Of a stretch of 64,000 bases of DNA, positions 59,874 to 64,000 are shown in pieces. Position 1 is the stretch's first letter, and each line of letters begins with the position of its first letter. The notes below the pieces were generated by a model. That model was given only the letters and a program-made list of their open reading frames with translations. It searched no databases and was not told the DNA's origin. The translations under genes and the position numbers were made by a program. Origin of the DNA: Promethearchaeota archaeon (GTDB lineage: Archaea > Asgardarchaeota > Heimdallarchaeia > Hodarchaeales > Hodarchaeaceae); the NCBI GenBank assembly GCA_048938105.1, contig JBHLMN010000012.1, positions 128,001-192,000 on the forward strand, read 5' to 3'.

Positions 59874-60569
59874 TCATAGCTTAACCTTTTTTAGATCTTT
59901 AAAGGTGTCCTTGTGAATTGATTCAAGCTTCTGATTAGTTTTTAATAGGATTTTCAAGCTTTTTTCAATTTTTTCAAGTTTTTTCCCAATTTCTTTGAAG
60001 TTATTTTCAAATTTTTTCGCTTGAGAGTCATATTGCTCTTGTTTAGACCTTATCTCTTTGAACTGAGAGTCAGACTGGTTAAATTGTTTGCTAATATCAT
60101 CAATAGAAATAGTTGCTTCCGATAGATCTTTAGAATCAGCTATAAATGATTCAGATGGAGTTGGAGGGGGAACTTGATTTATCTTCTGCTCGACGTTGAA
60201 AATAGGAGTTTGAGGTGATTTTTCAATAGGGGTAGGTGTGGGAGGTAATGATTCTGAAATTGTTGGAGGTGGTGTTTTTTGAGGAGGCGAAATTGGAGGA
60301 GAAGGAGGGGGAGGAGGAACATGAGAGGTAGGTACTGGAACAGTATTTGGTTCAGTCGTAGAAGACAGATAAGGTGGGATATTCGATGGTTCTGATATTG
60401 GTGTTGGTGGTGGAGGTTCTTCAAAAGATTCTTGAAGATCTAAAGGGATTATTGGTTTTATTTCATTTGGTTCTCGATCTGTAAGTGCTTTAGCAGCCCC
60501 ACAATGAGGGCATGGGAAGTTCATCACATAATTCCTGCATTTTTTACAAACGGGACTCATATGAGTCAT
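59874..60569 (-). CDS. Zinc-ribbon + proline-rich linker + C-terminal coiled-coil protein
   Basis: CKKC...CPHC; EEPPPPTP, VPPPPPSPPISPP; heptad-rich C-terminus; AAGGA SD. Confidence 0.8.
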   Translation of the reverse strand: MTHMSPVCKKCRNYVMNFPCPHCGAAKALTDREPNEIKPIIPLDLQESFEEPPPPTPISEPSNIPPYLSSTTEPNTVPVPTSHVPPPPPSPPISPPQKTPPPTISESLPPTPTPIEKSPQTPIFNVEQKINQVPPPTPSESFIADSKDLSEATISIDDISKQFNQSDSQFKEIRSKQEQYDSQAKKFENNFKEIGKKLEKIEKSLKILLKTNQKLESIHKDTFKDLKKVKL

Positions 60570-61112
60570 TTCCTTTTCTAATATTTTTAATTCAATTCTA
60601 GTTACTTATCTTTTAATACTACATTCTTATTATTCAATTGTTTAACTGAAATAAAATGGAGGTATGGAGTCACACTGAGTCGTTTAGAGATTTTGTCGGA
60701 TTTATCAGCATTAATCCTTTTGTTTTTATTTTAGCGACTCTTTTGATGTAAATTACTCTGTTTTAGTTATTTAAATATTTCACATGTCTCTAGGATAATG
60801 AAAAACTAATTATTCTACCTGAGGAGGAAATGACTCATAACCTCTCGAATGGTAATAATATTCATCAACATGATTGTAAACTATACTTTGATAGATTTTG
60901 AAAGAATAATATTAAGAGATCAACGAAAGTGGAGTAGATGATGACCAAAACTTTGAAATAGCTTGATAACCATCATTAAGATAGGAGTAATAGGGTTTTA
61001 ACCTTTTGAACATGTAAACGATAGCCTTTATTGAATTCATGGATGTTTTAGCTATTTGGGAAGGAACTATAAAGATAATTCCAGCGTATTTGGTATTACT
61101 ATTCTCCTCTAT

Positions 61113-62483
61113 TTACTCTCCGTCTTTTCTTCTATAGAAAAGTAATACAGCAATCAATAAAGTGGAAAATGTCAACCCTGAAGATGTTCGTGGAGTTGAT
61201 GATGTACTTGTTTGATCAGTTGAAGTTGACACTGAGGTGCTGCCGTCTTCTACCTCAAGATTAATAATGATTATCCTTAAATCATCATCCAATTGACCAT
61301 AATCATTCCATCCAGTAATCATACCCAGTAATACGTATTTACCATCACTTGTTTGTATCATTGATGCAATCAAAGTCATATGTGAACCTCTAAATGTGAC
61401 ATTGAATTGTATATTACCAGATATATCAGTCTTTAGAAACCACATATCACATACTCCGCTTCCAGGATTAAAAGCACCTACAACTGCAAATCCATTATCT
61501 GATGTTTGAAGGAGAGAAAGTGCCATATCAATACCAGACTTTCCATAAGTTTGATTCCACTGAATTAATCCTGCTTCATTAGTTTTCACGAGCCATATAT
61601 CACTCGAGCCCGCACCAAAAGAAATTGTATAACCTGTAAGTGCATAACCCCCATCAGAAGTTTGAATTAGTTCAAAGGCCTCATCACCTTCTACCCCTCC
61701 ATAGGTTTCATTCCATAAAACTCCTCCAGAAGTATTTATTTTTAGAAGCCACATATCTATATAACCTGCTCCAAAGGATTGTGTGGTTCCTGCTAAAGCA
61801 AAATCTCCACTAGATGTTTGTATTGCAGATGTTGCTCGATCATCTTTTTCCCCTCCATACGTTTTATTCCAGATAGCAACTCCTGAAGCATCGGTTTTCA
61901 CAATCCACATATCATAATCAGCATTAGCTATAGATGGCCGGGTACTGCCAGTAAGTAGGAATCCTTTATCTGATGTATAAATTAGTGCACTAGCGTCTTG
62001 ATATCCATTGTCTCCATATGTTTCATTCCACTCCATGTTTCCATCGCTATCCGTTTTCACAAGCCACATATCATCTTGACCCTCTCCAAAAGATTCTGTA
62101 TAACCAACTAAAGCAAATCCTCCATCCGATGTTGAGACAATAGAATGAGCTACATCATCCTCCTCTCCTCCAAAAGTTTTGTTCCATAAGATTACCCCAG
62201 ATGCGTCAGTTCTCACAAACCAGAAATCTTTTTTGTTAAAGCTATACGATTCACTATAACCAGCAATTGCAAATCCCCCACCAGCAGTTTGGATAATTGA
62301 AGTTCCACAATCCGACCGTGTCCCCCCATAAGTATGATTCCCCTCAATTATTAGAGTATATTCTTTATTATTGTTCCTCGAATTCTGTTCTCGACTAGGA
62401 TGCGAAACAGCAATCATTAAACTAGTCAGTGATGAGAATAATAAGGAAAAAAAGATTATTAGGAATATTTCCTTTTTTATCAA
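61113..62483 (-). CDS. Secreted beta-propeller-like repeat surface protein with C-terminal Ser/Thr linker and TM anchor
   Basis: Signal peptide; about seven ~50-aa repeats WN.TYGG...D.A..I.QTSDGG(F/Y)..G.T.SFG....D.WLVKTD..G; ends SSGLTFSTLLIAVLLFYRRK. Confidence 0.85.
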   Translation of the reverse strand: MIKKEIFLIIFFSLLFSSLTSLMIAVSHPSREQNSRNNNKEYTLIIEGNHTYGGTRSDCGTSIIQTAGGGFAIAGYSESYSFNKKDFWFVRTDASGVILWNKTFGGEEDDVAHSIVSTSDGGFALVGYTESFGEGQDDMWLVKTDSDGNMEWNETYGDNGYQDASALIYTSDKGFLLTGSTRPSIANADYDMWIVKTDASGVAIWNKTYGGEKDDRATSAIQTSSGDFALAGTTQSFGAGYIDMWLLKINTSGGVLWNETYGGVEGDEAFELIQTSDGGYALTGYTISFGAGSSDIWLVKTNEAGLIQWNQTYGKSGIDMALSLLQTSDNGFAVVGAFNPGSGVCDMWFLKTDISGNIQFNVTFRGSHMTLIASMIQTSDGKYVLLGMITGWNDYGQLDDDLRIIIINLEVEDGSTSVSTSTDQTSTSSTPRTSSGLTFSTLLIAVLLFYRRKDGE

Positions 62484-62634
62484 CTATTAATCCGACCAAA
62501 ATTTTTGTTAATCCAAAATTTAAAGGTGTATTATAATGTAATGGGTTAACAGCTGGGATATTTCCTTAAAAGAAACAGAAAAAAAATCATTGAACTTAAT
62601 GATTTTAACTATACAATTCATACCAAAAAAAGGC

Positions 62635-63027
62635 TTAATTCATTAGTACTCTGTAAAATTTCTTTCTTAAATTCTTTTTCATTTGTTCTAATAAATATTC
62701 ATTTCTTTGTGCTTCTTCTAAGTCTTGTTTCATTGTTTTTTCTCTTATCCTCTTTCTTATTTTCTTTCTTATTGATTTTAAGCCTTCTTCCTCAAAAAGT
62801 CGTTGTAAATATTGTTCGTTTTTGGAGGGTTCCTTTCTCTTATAACCGGAGCATAAGAAATAATAATAAGGATGACCTAGTGGAATCTCTTTCAATGTGG
62901 CTTTGTGATAATTCAAATATCTCCTTATTTGCTTTTGATTATTCCAGAAATCGGGATTGAATATATATAATCCGTTATGTAATCTTAACGTACTCTCGAA
63001 TAGATCTTCAATCTCGTTACTCTTCAC
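62635..63027 (-). CDS. Hypothetical basic protein
   Basis: 130-aa ORF with no recognised motif. Confidence 0.5.
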   Translation of the reverse strand: MKSNEIEDLFESTLRLHNGLYIFNPDFWNNQKQIRRYLNYHKATLKEIPLGHPYYYFLCSGYKRKEPSKNEQYLQRLFEEEGLKSIRKKIRKRIREKTMKQDLEEAQRNEYLLEQMKKNLRKKFYRVLMN

Positions 63028-63153
63028 TCATCTTCACTTATTCTTCTAGGGGCCACTTCAGTAGTTTTCTAATTAGAACTAAAAAGATACAAGTTAATAT
63101 TTTTTCTAGAGAAATTCTCCGGATTTAACAATGAAAATTAATTAGGAAAAATA

Positions 63154-63999
63154 TCATCCAAACAATTCGTTGTATCTCTTTGTGATTTCTTCTTTGAAGG
63201 GCATCGAACTTTGAGCTCCCGTTCTTGTGACTGCAATAGAAGCTGATACATTTGCATAACTTGTAGCTGTTTTTAAAGTATCACCCTGACATAATCTACT
63301 TGCTAAAACACCGTTAAAACAATCACCCGCTCCAACTGTATCAACAGCAGTGACATTGATAGCTGGAACATGATATTGGTTCCCACTTTTCTTTTCGGAG
63401 ACAAAACATCCTCTATCCCCTAATGTAACAATCATTGTCTGTATTCCGATGTTATGGAGATCATTCGTTATTTCCAATAAGATATCATTTTTTCCCTCGT
63501 GTTTTCCTTGAAAACCAAGTGAGGAATATAATTGAAAAAGTTCATTTTCATTTGGTGTTATTATATTAACTTGTTCCAGAACCTCCATCGAGATTTCTTT
63601 AAATGGTGCTGGATTTAGGATTTTAATCGTGTTTTTCTTAGTAATGTGAAAGATTTCTCGAATAACTTTTGTTGAGATTTCCATTTGCACTACTATTACA
63701 GAAGCGTTTTGTATTATATCTGTGGCTTTTTTTAAATCACTCGATGTTAACTTCGCGTTTGCTCCAGGCGCTACACTGATCATATTCTGACCATTTGAGT
63801 CTATTAAGATAAATGCGACACCACTTGCATTTTTTGGATCTATTATAACATGTGTTGTGTCTATACCTTCATGTGCCAGATTTTCAAGCATTTGAGTACC
63901 AAAAGCATCATGGCCTAATTTACCAATAAAGATTGTTTTGGCTCCTGATCGGATGGATGCAACCGCCTGATTGGCACCCTTTCCTCCAAAAGATTGAGT
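63154..63999 (-). CDS. rbsK: Ribokinase (PfkB family); 5'-truncated by the window edge
   Basis: Frame open to the window end (TQSFGGKGANQAVA...); LNPAP, TPNENE, VTLG.RG, DTVGAGDCF. Confidence 0.93.
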   Translation of the reverse strand, partial: TQSFGGKGANQAVASIRSGAKTIFIGKLGHDAFGTQMLENLAHEGIDTTHVIIDPKNASGVAFILIDSNGQNMISVAPGANAKLTSSDLKKATDIIQNASVIVVQMEISTKVIREIFHITKKNTIKILNPAPFKEISMEVLEQVNIITPNENELFQLYSSLGFQGKHEGKNDILLEITNDLHNIGIQTMIVTLGDRGCFVSEKKSGNQYHVPAINVTAVDTVGAGDCFNGVLASRLCQGDTLKTATSYANVSASIAVTRTGAQSSMPFKEEITKRYNELFG

Positions 64000-64000
64000 A

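Noticed and set aside
60830-61090. Gene following a strong GAGGAGG SD and ATG at 60830
   Set aside because: The frame closes after about 23 codons and no family is recognisable; at most a decayed remnant.
61113-62483. Periodic ~150-bp nucleotide similarity as a CRISPR array or DNA repeat element
   Set aside because: The repeats are degenerate and in frame, encoding propeller blades; there is no identical repeat-spacer structure and no cas gene.
1400-62960. Short track ORFs antisense to or overlapping well-supported genes (e.g. 1400..1600, 3456..3656, 7682..7969, 17784..18050, 31604..31948, 40864..41262, 42576..43127, 47417..47734, 60179..60424, 62709..62960)
   Set aside because: They are shadow frames of motif-supported genes and carry no recognisable motifs of their own.

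Overview
AT-rich, gene-dense archaeal DNA, inferred to be from an Asgard archaeon (Heimdallarchaeia/Hodarchaeales-like). The inference rests on two Rab-like small GTPases with a WDLAGQ G3 motif and no prenylation Cys, tandem winged-helix regulators, Ser/Thr-linker+TM+basic-tail surface proteins, and GAGG(T) Shine-Dalgarno sites with frequent TTG/GTG starts. I saw no rRNA, tRNA, CRISPR array or transposase. The main feature is a ~12 kb, 13-gene putative light-response island (17762-29709). It encodes a CarH-type B12 photoreceptor domain fused to a non-MerR winged HTH, crtB, crtI, a fused lycopene cyclase, a PNPOx-like flavoprotein, two orphan membrane proteins, two SDR-fold enzymes, a STAY-GREEN (Mg-dechelatase family) homologue, a heliorhodopsin, a TspO-like protein and a DUF1295 protein. 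No recognisable retinal-forming Blh/Brp is present. The rest is accessory content: four ABC exporters with adjacent regulators, several ICMT/PEMT-type methyltransferases (one pseudogenised), CPBP and M50 proteases, an atypical Fpg/Nei, a polyproline/coiled-coil protein, an unannotated LRR remnant and a recurrent CCGACAAAATCT-like upstream motif. All family calls come from motif recognition by eye; no searches were run.
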